A DNA stretch of 64,000 nt from a virus (lineage: Duplodnaviria > Caudoviricetes): IMG/VR virus record IMGVR_UViG_3300025030_000042; one strand, 5' to 3'. Numbering within the stretch: the stretch's first letter is position 1; each line of letters opens with the position of its first letter. Below, one piece after another: positions 9,902-19,255 of this stretch. Under the pieces are notes generated by a model, which saw only the letters and a list, made by a program, of their open reading frames with translations, was not told the DNA's origin and made no database searches. The translations under genes were made by a program, and so were the position numbers.

Positions 9902-10615
9902 TTATTTTTTCTTTTCTTCTTTTGCTACCCACTTTTTTTCCGGAGATAATATTAACTTCTTAATCGGACCTTCTTTTTGTTTATTTTTTGTCCATTCCGG
10001 ATCGTCTTTGTGGATTTCTACGTGTTTTTCTTCAAGATTTTGTTCTTCGTCTAACTGCTCTTCTTCCTCGTCAAGTTGTTCGTCTTCTTCGAGTTCTTCG
10101 CTTTCTTTCAAAATCCCAAACTTCTTCATCAACGATTCATTCAAAGACTTGCGTCTACCTGAAAATATATCTGTAAAAGTTTCTTCAATGTGTTGTTCTT
10201 TTTTCTCTGACATTGTTGTATGTTGTCTCCTTTTTTTATAATCGTCTTCCCAATCTCTAAAAAGCATATTTCCTTTTTCGTATGCTTCTCGTTCCATTTC
10301 TCTTAAATGAGGATTTTTTTGAGCATATCCTTCTTCAGCGCTTGTTAGATTTTGAAAATTTCCTCTGGTATCTTGATTACTATGTAGGCACTCGTGGAAT
10401 AAACTGCGTATAATGTCTTTTGGGTGTCTATTCGTAATATAGAGAACGATTTTTTTATTTTCTGGATCATAATGTGCCGTTTTACCAAAAAAATCTTTTG
10501 AGTTTTTACAATCAGATTTTAAAACAACTTTTAGTCCTTCTGGAAGTTCTATATGTTGTTTTAAATACTTAATAGATTCTTTTATCTTTTGTATTAACTC
10601 ACTTTTATCTTCCAT
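9902..10615 (-). CDS. HExxH metallopeptidase-like protein with acidic tail
   Basis: SLFHECLH, EREAYEKG; E-rich C-terminus. Confidence 0.6.
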   Translation of the reverse strand: MEDKSELIQKIKESIKYLKQHIELPEGLKVVLKSDCKNSKDFFGKTAHYDPENKKIVLYITNRHPKDIIRSLFHECLHSNQDTRGNFQNLTSAEEGYAQKNPHLREMEREAYEKGNMLFRDWEDDYKKRRQHTTMSEKKEQHIEETFTDIFSGRRKSLNESLMKKFGILKESEELEEDEQLDEEEEQLDEEQNLEEKHVEIHKDDPEWTKNKQKEGPIKKLILSPEKKWVAKEEKKK

Positions 10616-10623
10616 TGGTTTTA

Positions 10624-11445
10624 TTACTTTTTACTTTTCTGTTTTTGATGCATTTTATCAACTTCTTCAAGAAGTGATTCCAGAGAAACGCCTTTTTCTA
10701 TCGTTGGCATTTCAAAACCCTCAGAAAGTTTCATTTCAAGACGGCTATCCACTTCTTTTACAAGTTTACCAACCGCAATCTTTAAAATATTCATCGGGTT
10801 CTTTAATAATGAAGAAAGTCTTACCGTTATAGTATCTTTGATTCCCAGAACTTCTTGTAAAAATCTAAATGTATCATTGGATTCAATATGAGAAACAATA
10901 TTTTTGATTTCTTCTGGAGTCTGTAAATCTTGTAACATTCTTTCATAAAAAAGCAATATTCTTGATTGTTTGTCAACATTTTGTCGTAGTTGTTTTGCCT
11001 GCTGTTCATCTTCTGGTTTGCTGATTTCTGGAGAACTTTTTTGTTGTATTGTTGGTTCTTTAACATCTATATCTGACGACGATTGATTGGCCAATTGATC
11101 AATATTCACTTTTTTTCTGGGAGTTGGTGGAACATCTGGTTGATTTGCTAGTTGATCAATATTCACATTGCGTCGTTGTTTTGATGCTGGTGTATGAGCA
11201 CCAGTTTTTGACAGATCTATTTCTCCGGCGACATTAGGAGAAGTTCCGGCACTTCTAACATTTTTTTTAACTATTGGTTTTGGCGGTTCCGGACTTTTTT
11301 TTGGTTGTTTTGGTTCAACCTTTTTTGGTTTTTTCTTTTTGGGTATCTCCATTTTATCGGTTCCATCTTCGTCCATTAAAGAACGATTTAGTTCTTCAAG
11401 AATAAGCTTTTTTAAGAAATCATGAGTTACTTTCATTAGAGACAA
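10624..11445 (-). CDS. low-complexity K/P-rich hypothetical protein
   Basis: 273 aa; internal repeat VNIDQLANQ x2. Confidence 0.7.
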   Translation of the reverse strand: MSLMKVTHDFLKKLILEELNRSLMDEDGTDKMEIPKKKKPKKVEPKQPKKSPEPPKPIVKKNVRSAGTSPNVAGEIDLSKTGAHTPASKQRRNVNIDQLANQPDVPPTPRKKVNIDQLANQSSSDIDVKEPTIQQKSSPEISKPEDEQQAKQLRQNVDKQSRILLFYERMLQDLQTPEEIKNIVSHIESNDTFRFLQEVLGIKDTITVRLSSLLKNPMNILKIAVGKLVKEVDSRLEMKLSEGFEMPTIEKGVSLESLLEEVDKMHQKQKSKK

Positions 11446-11554
11446 TCCTCCAATGATAAGTAGTTGTAAAGAATAAAATTAATATATTCATCTTTATTTC
11501 AATAATGTTTTATCATTTCTTCTAACTACTTGATATTACTGCGTTCTTTTTTTC

Positions 11555-11582
11555 TTGACAGCGGCGACAGTTCTGATAGACT
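11555..11582 (+). promoter_or_regulatory. sigma70-type promoter at strand switch
   Basis: TTGACA-16-TAGACT with extended TG. Confidence 0.7.
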
Positions 11583-11629
11583 GTTTTGTAGAGGTTGGAA
11601 AACGCATTCACCGAAGAAAGGAAAGTAAG

Positions 11630-11827
11630 ATGCGTTACAAAGTGGCAGATTGCGTATCGAGATTTGGAAATACAGAAAATATCGGCATCATTATTGACAT
11701 CGCTAGCGATCAACAGTATTATAAGGTCGCTTGGTTTACGAGTGATGGTCTTTCGGAGTTTGCTGAATATTGTGCCGATTATCAACTATGTGATACTCAA
11801 ACGAATGAAGAAATTTGGTTCGAGTAA
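11630..11827 (+). CDS. K(V/I)GDL-family small protein
   Basis: YKVADCV..IGIII..YKVAW; AAGGA RBS; start re-picked. Confidence 0.65.
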   Translation: MRYKVADCVSRFGNTENIGIIIDIASDQQYYKVAWFTSDGLSEFAEYCADYQLCDTQTNEEIWFE

Positions 11828-11866
11828 ATAAAGTTCAAATCATTAACATTGAAAAGGGGTTTGAAA

Positions 11867-12301
11867 ATGTTTCAAGTTCGCAATTTTCCACTATCGTCTG
11901 AAGATGTTTCACTTAATCCATATGAGGTAAGATGTATTCTCGCTGATCATTTTGAATACGCTCATTTTGATATCTGGGATGGATATGGATCTGCTACAGT
12001 GGGTGGTTGTCGCGTCGGCGATAGGGTTTATTATGCAGTTTCTTTTTGTTCTCCGGTTGACAATTTTGATCGGTCTATTGGTAGACAAGAAGCATATGAC
12101 AACATGATCGACGATCTTCGGACTTCAATGCGAAGTGTATTTCATTTCAATGAGAAGACAGAAAATCTAACTCCCGCTCAAGTTTTTCAGATTGTTTTGG
12201 AAACGCATCTCAAAAAAATGCGTCAAGTTCCAAGTTGGTGTGGTCGTCACCCACAAATTACGATTCGTAATCGTCGTAAGAATCGATCAATGTGGAAGTG
12301 A
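11867..12301 (+). CDS. hypothetical protein
   Basis: start re-picked after AAGGGG. Confidence 0.65.
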   Translation: MFQVRNFPLSSEDVSLNPYEVRCILADHFEYAHFDIWDGYGSATVGGCRVGDRVYYAVSFCSPVDNFDRSIGRQEAYDNMIDDLRTSMRSVFHFNEKTENLTPAQVFQIVLETHLKKMRQVPSWCGRHPQITIRNRRKNRSMWK

Positions 12302-12541
12302 TATATTTACTATAAAGGAGTTTTACAACAAATATTTTTGATTTACCAAAATCTATATTTCAAGTTGGCGATTTGATTACGCTTTCGGGAAACTACGGAA
12401 CGATCATAACTGGTCCTTTTTATGAAGGTGAATTTGCTCTTGAAAAATACATTTATTGGAAGTTGTCGATCATTTGGAACATACAATGTACGATTATGTA
12501 TGCCCGAGAAAACTCTTTGATTTTAGTAAAAAGAAAACAAA

Positions 12542-12850
12542 ATGATCTTTGAAACACTTGAAAACTTATCGAAATATCAAGTATTATCCGGAGTTTCTTT
12601 TGTTTTTGCCAAATTATGTAGTTTAGCGACAGTAGCAAATATCTTTGTTTCTATGGGTAACGCAAGTTTTCGCAACTATGCTTTATGGTCGTTAGCATTG
12701 ACAATCTTTTTCATTCTAATGTGTTTTGTTTTTATTGGAATCCATTTAGTAAAAGAAAGTTCGTCAAATAAAGAAAAACAAATAGAAGAACTTCTAAAAG
12801 ATCCAGAATGGAAACTACTTTTACAAAAGAAGTTGACTCAATGTCAATAG
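12542..12850 (+). CDS. membrane protein, 2 TM
   Basis: two hydrophobic stretches. Confidence 0.65.
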   Translation: MIFETLENLSKYQVLSGVSFVFAKLCSLATVANIFVSMGNASFRNYALWSLALTIFFILMCFVFIGIHLVKESSSNKEKQIEELLKDPEWKLLLQKKLTQCQ

Positions 12851-13068
12851 AAACATTAGAAAATGTATTAGTTCTCTTGGAAAATCGGTTAAAGCAACAG
12901 AGATTGGAACAACACTATTCGAGTGGAAATCCGAGTTGTATTACAAAAAATCACAATGGTCATTCTTTTGATACAGGAGTAACACGAGGTTTAAATGTTT
13001 CGGTTTGTATTGTCAGATCATTTATCAACGACACAAAGAAAAAGTTAGAAAGAAAACAAAATGTTTAA
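12841..13068 (+). CDS. hypothetical protein
   Basis: start re-picked at ATG 12841. Confidence 0.6.
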   Translation: MSIETLENVLVLLENRLKQQRLEQHYSSGNPSCITKNHNGHSFDTGVTRGLNVSVCIVRSFINDTKKKLERKQNV

Positions 13069-13254
13069 AGTAGGAAATCTGGTAAAACTGGTTGGTTTTT
13101 CTTGTGAAAAGAAAAAAACATTATTGGTACTTTTGTAAAAGTGCGAGGACCTCAATGTAAGGTGCTGTGGTTTTGGAATATTCCAGATTATTGTCATCGC
13201 GAAAGTTTGAATAAAACTTTTTGGTTTCATAAAGAACTCCAAAAGTTGCTTTAA
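13061..13254 (+). pseudogene. frameshifted K(V/I)GDL-family gene
   Basis: MFKVGNLVK.. breaks at A7 run 13112-13118; alternative frame continues NIIGTFVK..CKVLWF. Confidence 0.65.
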
Positions 13255-13359
13255 ACCCATAACCCTTTGATATCACAAAGAAAAAAAACTTCTTGACAAA
13301 ACGGCGACTCTGAAACAAACTTTATTTGTCGTTAACACTTTTTCGCAGGAGACTATGTA

Positions 13360-14490
13360 ATGGGAATCACGTTCAAGAGTTTGGGAAAATGTCTACCTCA
13401 TGTCGTTGACATCCGTAAACCAGTTTTGCTCCGTTCTAGACACGGACAAGGAAAGAGCACATTGGTTTACGATTTCGCAAACGAGATTAAAATGCCCGTT
13501 GTTGAAAGACGAGCATCGCAAATGACCGAAGGTGATCTTTTAGGACTACCAAAGATCGATGGTGATCGAACCGCCTGGCTTCCGCCGGATTGGCTTCGCC
13601 AAGCTTGTTTGGAACCGGTTGTCTTGTTCATCGACGAAATCGATCGCGCAACGATGGAAGTTCGTCAAGGATTTTTCGAGTTATGTGATTCTCGCAAGAT
13701 CGCCGGAAATCATCTCCATCCGGATACTTTGATTTTCGCCGCCGTCAACGGTGGAGAGAATACTGCTCAATATCAAGTTGGCGAAATGGATCCAGCAGAA
13801 CTCGATCGTTGGACGGTATTCGATCTTGAACCATCTGTAGAGGATTGGCTTTACTGGGCAAAGGATAATGTGGAACTAATCGTTTGGGATTTTATCAATC
13901 AAAATCACGTTCATTTGGAACACAACAGCGATTTTGAACCAAACAAGGTTTATCCTTCGCGTCGTTCGTGGCATCGTTTTTCCGATTGTATTAAGAAGGG
14001 TGATCTCATTAAACCTGGAAAAACTACTCCTGTTCTATACAATCTCGCGTGTTCTTTCGTTGGTTTGGAAGCGGCAACGCAGTTTGGCGATTTCGTGAAA
14101 AACTATAAACATCAGGTAACACCGGGAAACATTCTTGACGAAGGTAAATTTGATCTCGTAAAAGACTTTTCAATCAATGATCATACATCTTTGGTTGAAA
14201 AGATTGTTACCCAAAAGCATCTTCAAAAGAAGTTTACAAACAAGGTTTCCAAGAATGTTGTAGAATATTTTAACATGTTGCCGTCCGAAGTTGCGATGAA
14301 ATTCTGGACTTCGATCGGCATTGAAAACTCGGAAAATCTCGTAAAGATTCACAACAACATTCATATGCGACTCGTTAAGATGTTGAACGAAGAAGGCGTT
14401 ATTGAAAAACTCGAAAAGGGCGAGTTTACGAACGAAGAACAAAAGTCCGCGGAACCAAAAGAAACAACCACGACTTCCAAAGAGAAATAA
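13360..14490 (+). CDS. MoxR-like AAA+ ATPase
   Basis: RHGQGKS Walker A, LFIDEIDR Walker B, MDPAELDRW, PSRRSW. Confidence 0.88.
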   Translation: MGITFKSLGKCLPHVVDIRKPVLLRSRHGQGKSTLVYDFANEIKMPVVERRASQMTEGDLLGLPKIDGDRTAWLPPDWLRQACLEPVVLFIDEIDRATMEVRQGFFELCDSRKIAGNHLHPDTLIFAAVNGGENTAQYQVGEMDPAELDRWTVFDLEPSVEDWLYWAKDNVELIVWDFINQNHVHLEHNSDFEPNKVYPSRRSWHRFSDCIKKGDLIKPGKTTPVLYNLACSFVGLEAATQFGDFVKNYKHQVTPGNILDEGKFDLVKDFSINDHTSLVEKIVTQKHLQKKFTNKVSKNVVEYFNMLPSEVAMKFWTSIGIENSENLVKIHNNIHMRLVKMLNEEGVIEKLEKGEFTNEEQKSAEPKETTTTSKEK

Positions 14491-14521
14491 CTTTTAAAAA
14501 CTCTTAAAAAGAGATAATATA

Positions 14522-15775
14522 ATGTCTTCTTCTACTAATTCCGCCCAAGAAGCACCTCCAAAAGAAAGTCAAATGACGCGCTACATTGATCATTTCAATC
14601 TCAATGATCACACTGCACGACTTCTTTTGGAGGAACCCTTTTTCGCCGCCCTATCGCGACGAATTAATAAAGTGTCGACCAAAGGTATACCAACTGCCGG
14701 TGTTCGTATCAATCCCAATACTGCGCAGTTTGAATTATTTTATAATCCAGATTTTTTTTGTTATCTCACGAACAAGCAACGTTTGGCAGTTCTTAAACAC
14801 GAATATTATCATCTTATTTTTGAGCACGTCACTGGCCGAAAACCATCGGATAAAAATCTCCATAAGGTGTGGAATATTGCTACAGATCTTGCAATCAATT
14901 CATATCTTATGGATGAACTTCCAGACTTTTGTTGTTTTCCGGAACGAGGGATCTTCAAAGATCTCCCGAAAGAAAAAGCGGCTGAATGGTATTTCAATGT
15001 TTTGAAAAATCAAAAAGAGTTTATTGAAAAGCATTTTCCAGATTCTAAAATGTATGGTGCTGGAGCTGGTTCTGGAAAAGATCAACAGTTTGATAATCAT
15101 TCTGAATGGATCGAAAACGACGAAGCGTCTCGTGAAATCCGCGAGATTGCCAAAGAGAAACTTCGCGAGATCGCACGAAAATCTGCTCAAGAGGCGAACG
15201 AGGCGAACTCTTGGGGTTCTGTTCCGCAGTCTTGTCGCGACAACATTCTAAAGTGGTTGGCGGGCCGTGTGGACTGGAAAAAGGTGTTACGATATTTTAT
15301 CAAGATGTCACAAAAGGCGAATAAGTCATCGTCAATCAGAAAACTAAATAAAAGATATCCTTATATTCACGCCGGCAAAAAGTCGAATAGATGTGCTCGA
15401 TTGGCGATTTCAGTTGATCAATCTGGATCTGTTTCGGATGAGTTATTGTCAAAGTTCTTTTCAGAGTTAAACGGATTATCACATTTGGCAGAATTCGTTG
15501 TAATTCCTTTTGATACCGAAGTTGCTACCGATGCCGTTTTCGTTTGGAAAAAAGGAGAGAAACGAAAGGGTCAACGAGTTCGTTGCGGGGGAACCGATTT
15601 TGATGCTCCGACTCGTTATGTCAACGAAAGAAGTTTTGACGGTCATATTGTATTGACGGATCTTTGCGCTCCGAAACCGATTCCGTCAAAGTGCCAAAGA
15701 ATCTGGATGACCAGTCAAGAGCACGGAACGAACCCTTATTTTCAAACGAACGAGCGCATTGTGATTGTTGATTAA
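14522..15775 (+). CDS. HExxH metallopeptidase-like domain plus VWA domain protein (MoxR partner)
   Basis: LKHEYYH, WNIATDLAIN, DQSGS MIDAS-like, GGTDF. Confidence 0.82.
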   Translation: MSSSTNSAQEAPPKESQMTRYIDHFNLNDHTARLLLEEPFFAALSRRINKVSTKGIPTAGVRINPNTAQFELFYNPDFFCYLTNKQRLAVLKHEYYHLIFEHVTGRKPSDKNLHKVWNIATDLAINSYLMDELPDFCCFPERGIFKDLPKEKAAEWYFNVLKNQKEFIEKHFPDSKMYGAGAGSGKDQQFDNHSEWIENDEASREIREIAKEKLREIARKSAQEANEANSWGSVPQSCRDNILKWLAGRVDWKKVLRYFIKMSQKANKSSSIRKLNKRYPYIHAGKKSNRCARLAISVDQSGSVSDELLSKFFSELNGLSHLAEFVVIPFDTEVATDAVFVWKKGEKRKGQRVRCGGTDFDAPTRYVNERSFDGHIVLTDLCAPKPIPSKCQRIWMTSQEHGTNPYFQTNERIVIVD

Positions 15776-15785
15776 AGGAACTAAA

Positions 15786-15854
15786 ATGGAAATGTTTTGG
15801 GGTATTTTATTAATCCTTTTCGCTGTTTATTCGATCGCTTGGTGGAGTAAATAA
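15786..15854 (+). CDS. 22 aa membrane peptide
   Basis: AAGGA RBS; MEMFWGILLILFAVYSIAWWSK. Confidence 0.5.
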   Translation: MEMFWGILLILFAVYSIAWWSK

Positions 15855-15855
15855 A

Positions 15856-16023
15856 ATGTTATATTTATTTCTTTTTCTTTGTTTTCTTTGTATTGTCGGA
15901 TCAATTTTTCTATCCGTGCGAGGTTTTCAAGGAAAGTTATCAAATTTTAACGCTGGATTCGGATGGTTGCAAACCGCATATCTTTCGATGATTATTATCG
16001 TACGAATGCTGATGGGGTGGTGA
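15856..16023 (+). CDS. 55 aa membrane protein
   Basis: hand translation, two hydrophobic segments, fills gap. Confidence 0.5.
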   Translation: MLYLFLFLCFLCIVGSIFLSVRGFQGKLSNFNAGFGWLQTAYLSMIIIVRMLMGW

Positions 16024-16026
16024 ACT

Positions 16027-16296
16027 ATGCGACTCGTATTTAGTATTAATGTTGAAGAATATGATACCGAAAAAAAAATGATCAAAGATATTCGGGAAAT
16101 GCTTCATAGATTTTATTATGATGATTTGACCGAAGAAGACAAAGGACTTTTGGATACCGCTCAAGTTGCTTTGATTAGAGATGGAGACAGGGCAAGTCTG
16201 AATACGCTTTTACCGAAGTTACAGGGAAGGGCGGGAGAACATTATCAAGGAAGAAAGGCGTCGTTAGAAGAGATTTCTAAACTTGTGAGTGGTTAA
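16027..16296 (+). CDS. hypothetical protein
   Basis: 89 aa ORF. Confidence 0.65.
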   Translation: MRLVFSINVEEYDTEKKMIKDIREMLHRFYYDDLTEEDKGLLDTAQVALIRDGDRASLNTLLPKLQGRAGEHYQGRKASLEEISKLVSG

Positions 16297-16309
16297 AAGT
16301 AAAATGAAA

Positions 16310-16984
16310 TTATAAAGAATTTTTAATCTGTGAAATATGTTCGAGTGAAATATGACCGTGATCAAATTCCCAGTGATGATTTTTACAAAGTCCGATAAGA
16401 TTAGAAATATCATTTATTTCTGATATTAAAGTTTTTGGAGGAAATGAAGATATTGATTTTATATGACACGCATCAATGTGTAAAGTATAATCACATAAAG
16501 CACATTTTAACAAAAGATTATGTTTTTGGGCTATTTTCCGAGCGTGATATCTGACTCTAGAAAAGTGATTACAAGAAAACGATTTTGTTATTTTAATAGT
16601 TTCCAGCGTTAATGAGTTAGTAGGAATATGTTCTTTATCATAACAAGTTTTACAAAGATTAGTTTTTTTATCATTTAGTGGAATAGAACAAATATTACAA
16701 AAGTTAGTAAATGTTTTCACTCTTTTTGGATATTTTGTATTATTAAATATTGCAGAACATTTTTGAGAACAAAAGTTATTTGGAAACTTTTTTATTTCAC
16801 TACGAAGTTTTAAAAATGATTTATAACAGTTTAAACATTCTACTAAAATCTTACTTGAAGCATTTTCTTTTCTATAGAGTTTTGCACAATCGTTGGAACA
16901 AAAATGTTTTTTACTTCTCTCTATTCGACATTTTTGTCTTTGAAAGGATTTAGAACATCTATGACATTTTATTTGAATAAGCAT
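16310..16984 (-). CDS. HNH endonuclease with N-terminal zinc fingers (homing endonuclease-like)
   Basis: CxxC/FCSxxC repeats; CALCD..DACHI..NLIGLCKNHHWEFD; start re-picked. Confidence 0.8.
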   Translation of the reverse strand: MLIQIKCHRCSKSFQRQKCRIERSKKHFCSNDCAKLYRKENASSKILVECLNCYKSFLKLRSEIKKFPNNFCSQKCSAIFNNTKYPKRVKTFTNFCNICSIPLNDKKTNLCKTCYDKEHIPTNSLTLETIKITKSFSCNHFSRVRYHARKIAQKHNLLLKCALCDYTLHIDACHIKSISSFPPKTLISEINDISNLIGLCKNHHWEFDHGHISLEHISQIKNSL

Positions 16985-17053
16985 ACGTATTCTCCATTTA
17001 TTATAAGTAGTATTCTCATTGGGATTTGAAACAAATATAGAAGGTAGTATTAA

Positions 17054-17125
17054 GGGGCTCGGGCGGTTCAGTAATCGCGTCGGTCTTATAAACCGAGAAA
17101 CCGTGAGCGACACACGGGAGCCCTA
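17054..17125 (+). tRNA. atypical tRNA, anticodon UAU (Ile), no encoded CCA
   Basis: Cloverleaf GGGGCTC/GAGCCCT, GCG/CGC, TCGGT-CTTATAA-ACCGA, CCGTG-AGCGACA-CACGG, discriminator A. Confidence 0.7.
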
Positions 17126-17144
17126 TATAAAAGAGAAAATAAAA

Positions 17145-17585
17145 ATGACATCAACAACCGAAAAACTTTCGCTTCTGGAAAATCACATTCTCTCAAAATA
17201 TGGAATCAAAGTTGTTTATTCATATAAAGTTAAAACGGATACATATTATCCAGACAAAAAACTTATTGAAATCTGTCCTCGTCAAATAGCAAAACATAAA
17301 CTTTATTCTTTATTACACGAAGCGGGACACATTCTCATACAAACACCATACGCCAAATATGTTCGCAAGTTTCCTTTAAGTCACCAGACAACTTTATACG
17401 GAAAAGATTATCGAATAGATGTTTTACGAGAAGAATATTTTGCTTGGGACAAAGGGTTTGATTTATCAAAGGAGTTAAAACTTGATATCAATGAAGAAAA
17501 ATATTATAAGTATGCCCGAAAGTTTTTATGGGGGTATATTAAATGGTTAATGAATCCTGGTAAAAGATATCAATGGATTACCTAA
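17145..17585 (+). CDS. ImmA/IrrE-like HExxH metallopeptidase
   Basis: LLHEAGH..EEYFAW; start re-picked at ATG 17145. Confidence 0.6.
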   Translation: MTSTTEKLSLLENHILSKYGIKVVYSYKVKTDTYYPDKKLIEICPRQIAKHKLYSLLHEAGHILIQTPYAKYVRKFPLSHQTTLYGKDYRIDVLREEYFAWDKGFDLSKELKLDINEEKYYKYARKFLWGYIKWLMNPGKRYQWIT

Positions 17586-17782
17586 AAAAAATAAGAGTTG
17601 GAAGTCTGATTACTTGGAAAACCAACGATTTTATTAAAGATTACTTATTTAATACAGGAATTATTGTTTTAAAGACCGAAGGTTATTTTAAAGTTTATTG
17701 GTACAATAGAAAAATAAATAAATCGTATTTTTTACAACATTCATATGGAGCGATTTACAATATTATTGTTTTGTCATATTAA
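17573..17782 (+). CDS. K(V/I)GDL-family small protein
   Basis: RVGSLI..GIIV..FKVYW. Confidence 0.65.
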   Translation: MDYLKKIRVGSLITWKTNDFIKDYLFNTGIIVLKTEGYFKVYWYNRKINKSYFLQHSYGAIYNIIVLSY

Positions 17783-17822
17783 AAAGTATTTATTATGATG
17801 TCCGCAACGAAAGGAACTTGAA

Positions 17823-18197
17823 ATGATGTCTACTAACGACAAAGAACTTTCGAATGCCGAACTCGAAGCAATCCTTTCCAGTCTTAAAACCTTAAAGGAT
17901 CTTGAAAGATTTGATTTGTCCACAAACGACGAGATCAATCTAAAGTTACTGGATATTGAAAAAGAAATCGCTCTTTATCTAAAGAAGAACTTTTATTCTG
18001 ATCTCTACGTTGGAAAAGATAGTTTGGGGCTTGAACTTTATAATGTTCGTTTTGATCCAACTGTTCCAGGGAAGGGTTTTCGCGGCAGAGCAAAAGATAT
18101 TCGTAATACCACCATCGCTTATGTGTGGTATGATATGAAGTCCAAAGAAATCGTCCACACCCCAGAACAATACTCCTACAATAAACGAATGAACTAA
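17823..18197 (+). CDS. hypothetical protein
   Basis: AAGGA RBS, 124 aa. Confidence 0.7.
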   Translation: MMSTNDKELSNAELEAILSSLKTLKDLERFDLSTNDEINLKLLDIEKEIALYLKKNFYSDLYVGKDSLGLELYNVRFDPTVPGKGFRGRAKDIRNTTIAYVWYDMKSKEIVHTPEQYSYNKRMN

Positions 18198-18285
18198 TCT
18201 AAAATACTTTAAAGATTTTTAGATTTTACTTTAGGTATTATTTGTTATATACTATTGTTTTTTATTGTTGCCGCCGATAAACCTC

Positions 18286-18314
18286 TTGACAAAAAGCCGT
18301 TAAACTGTTATAAT
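18286..18314 (+). promoter_or_regulatory. consensus sigma70 promoter
   Basis: TTGACA-17-TATAAT. Confidence 0.85.
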
Positions 18315-18400
18315 GATTATATAATATACGATATAGATAATATGAAATGTTTTTGTAAATAAGAATCAACGCCTAAAAAGGAAAAAGAAAAAAGACAACT

Positions 18401-18583
18401 ATGGACACTACGGTAAGAGATTTAGAGAATAGAACGAAATATGTATTTATTATTCAATGGATTGACGATGAAGATCTTTTAAGAAAAGCAGTTAAATATA
18501 ATGAAAGAGATGCCAACAATCACCTTCAATCATTACTGGACGATGGATTTTCGGCGTGGATAACAAAAGAAAAAAAGAAATAA
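18401..18583 (+). CDS. hypothetical protein
   Basis: 60 aa downstream of promoter. Confidence 0.6.
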   Translation: MDTTVRDLENRTKYVFIIQWIDDEDLLRKAVKYNERDANNHLQSLLDDGFSAWITKEKKK

Positions 18584-18753
18584 AAGTTGGTGACTTGATC
18601 AAAGATACTTGGTATGATGATTCGTTGGGAATAGTATTAAAAGTTGATCAATACTCTTATAATGTATTTTGGATTAAAATGTCTATAGGATTAACAGAAA
18701 GACATTTTGAAAAAAATCTTCATTATGAATATGTCGAAAGGATTGAACAATGA
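18556..18753 (+). CDS. K(V/I)GDL-family small protein
   Basis: KVGDLI..LGIVL..YNVFW. Confidence 0.65.
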   Translation: MDNKRKKEIKVGDLIKDTWYDDSLGIVLKVDQYSYNVFWIKMSIGLTERHFEKNLHYEYVERIEQ

Positions 18754-18995
18754 CCATTCAAACCCAACAACGCGAAAATCAATATCTTGATATCATCAAG
18801 TCTACTGTTGAATCATATGAGTTTATCAAGACTTGCTTGAATGCCGAGTATAGTCCTATTCATCACTTCAATACGATTGAACTAACTTTGGTTTCTAATG
18901 TTCCTTCGTATACCATCCGCACCGAACTTCAAGAAAAGCTTTCCGATAAGTTTCCTCAACAACGATTTGCTTTTAAATTTATGGCGTCATCATAA
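18750..18995 (+). CDS. hypothetical protein
   Basis: ATGA overlap. Confidence 0.65.
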   Translation: MTIQTQQRENQYLDIIKSTVESYEFIKTCLNAEYSPIHHFNTIELTLVSNVPSYTIRTELQEKLSDKFPQQRFAFKFMASS

Positions 18996-19062
18996 AAGAA
19001 AATATTATGCGAGATCAAAAACTAATCAAAAAGATTAAAGACTTTTCAAAGGAATAGAATAA

Positions 19063-19254
19063 ATGTTCTTTATTTCTTCTAGTGCCCGAAAAATTCTTGA
19101 AGCGGTAACAATCGCGGTTGTTTCGGCATTAACTATTTCGGTCGGAAATAAACTGATCGAAAAAGCGTTTAAGGAAAAGAAAGAACAACCAGAAACCGCT
19201 TCAACCACTTCAACAAAAAAGAAGCGCCCACCACAAAAAGAAAATAATCAATAA
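19063..19254 (+). CDS. small membrane-anchored protein
   Basis: hydrophobic helix, basic tail. Confidence 0.6.
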   Translation: MFFISSSARKILEAVTIAVVSALTISVGNKLIEKAFKEKKEQPETASTTSTKKKRPPQKENNQ

Positions 19255-19255
19255 A

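Noticed and set aside
12316-12552. Another K(V/I)GDL-family reading frame (FQVGDLIT..)
   Set aside because: No in-frame start codon found after the upstream stop; possibly a remnant, not reported as a gene
17019-17144. N-terminal extension of the 17019..17585 ORF
   Set aside because: It runs through the tRNA-like element; ATG 17145 is the better start
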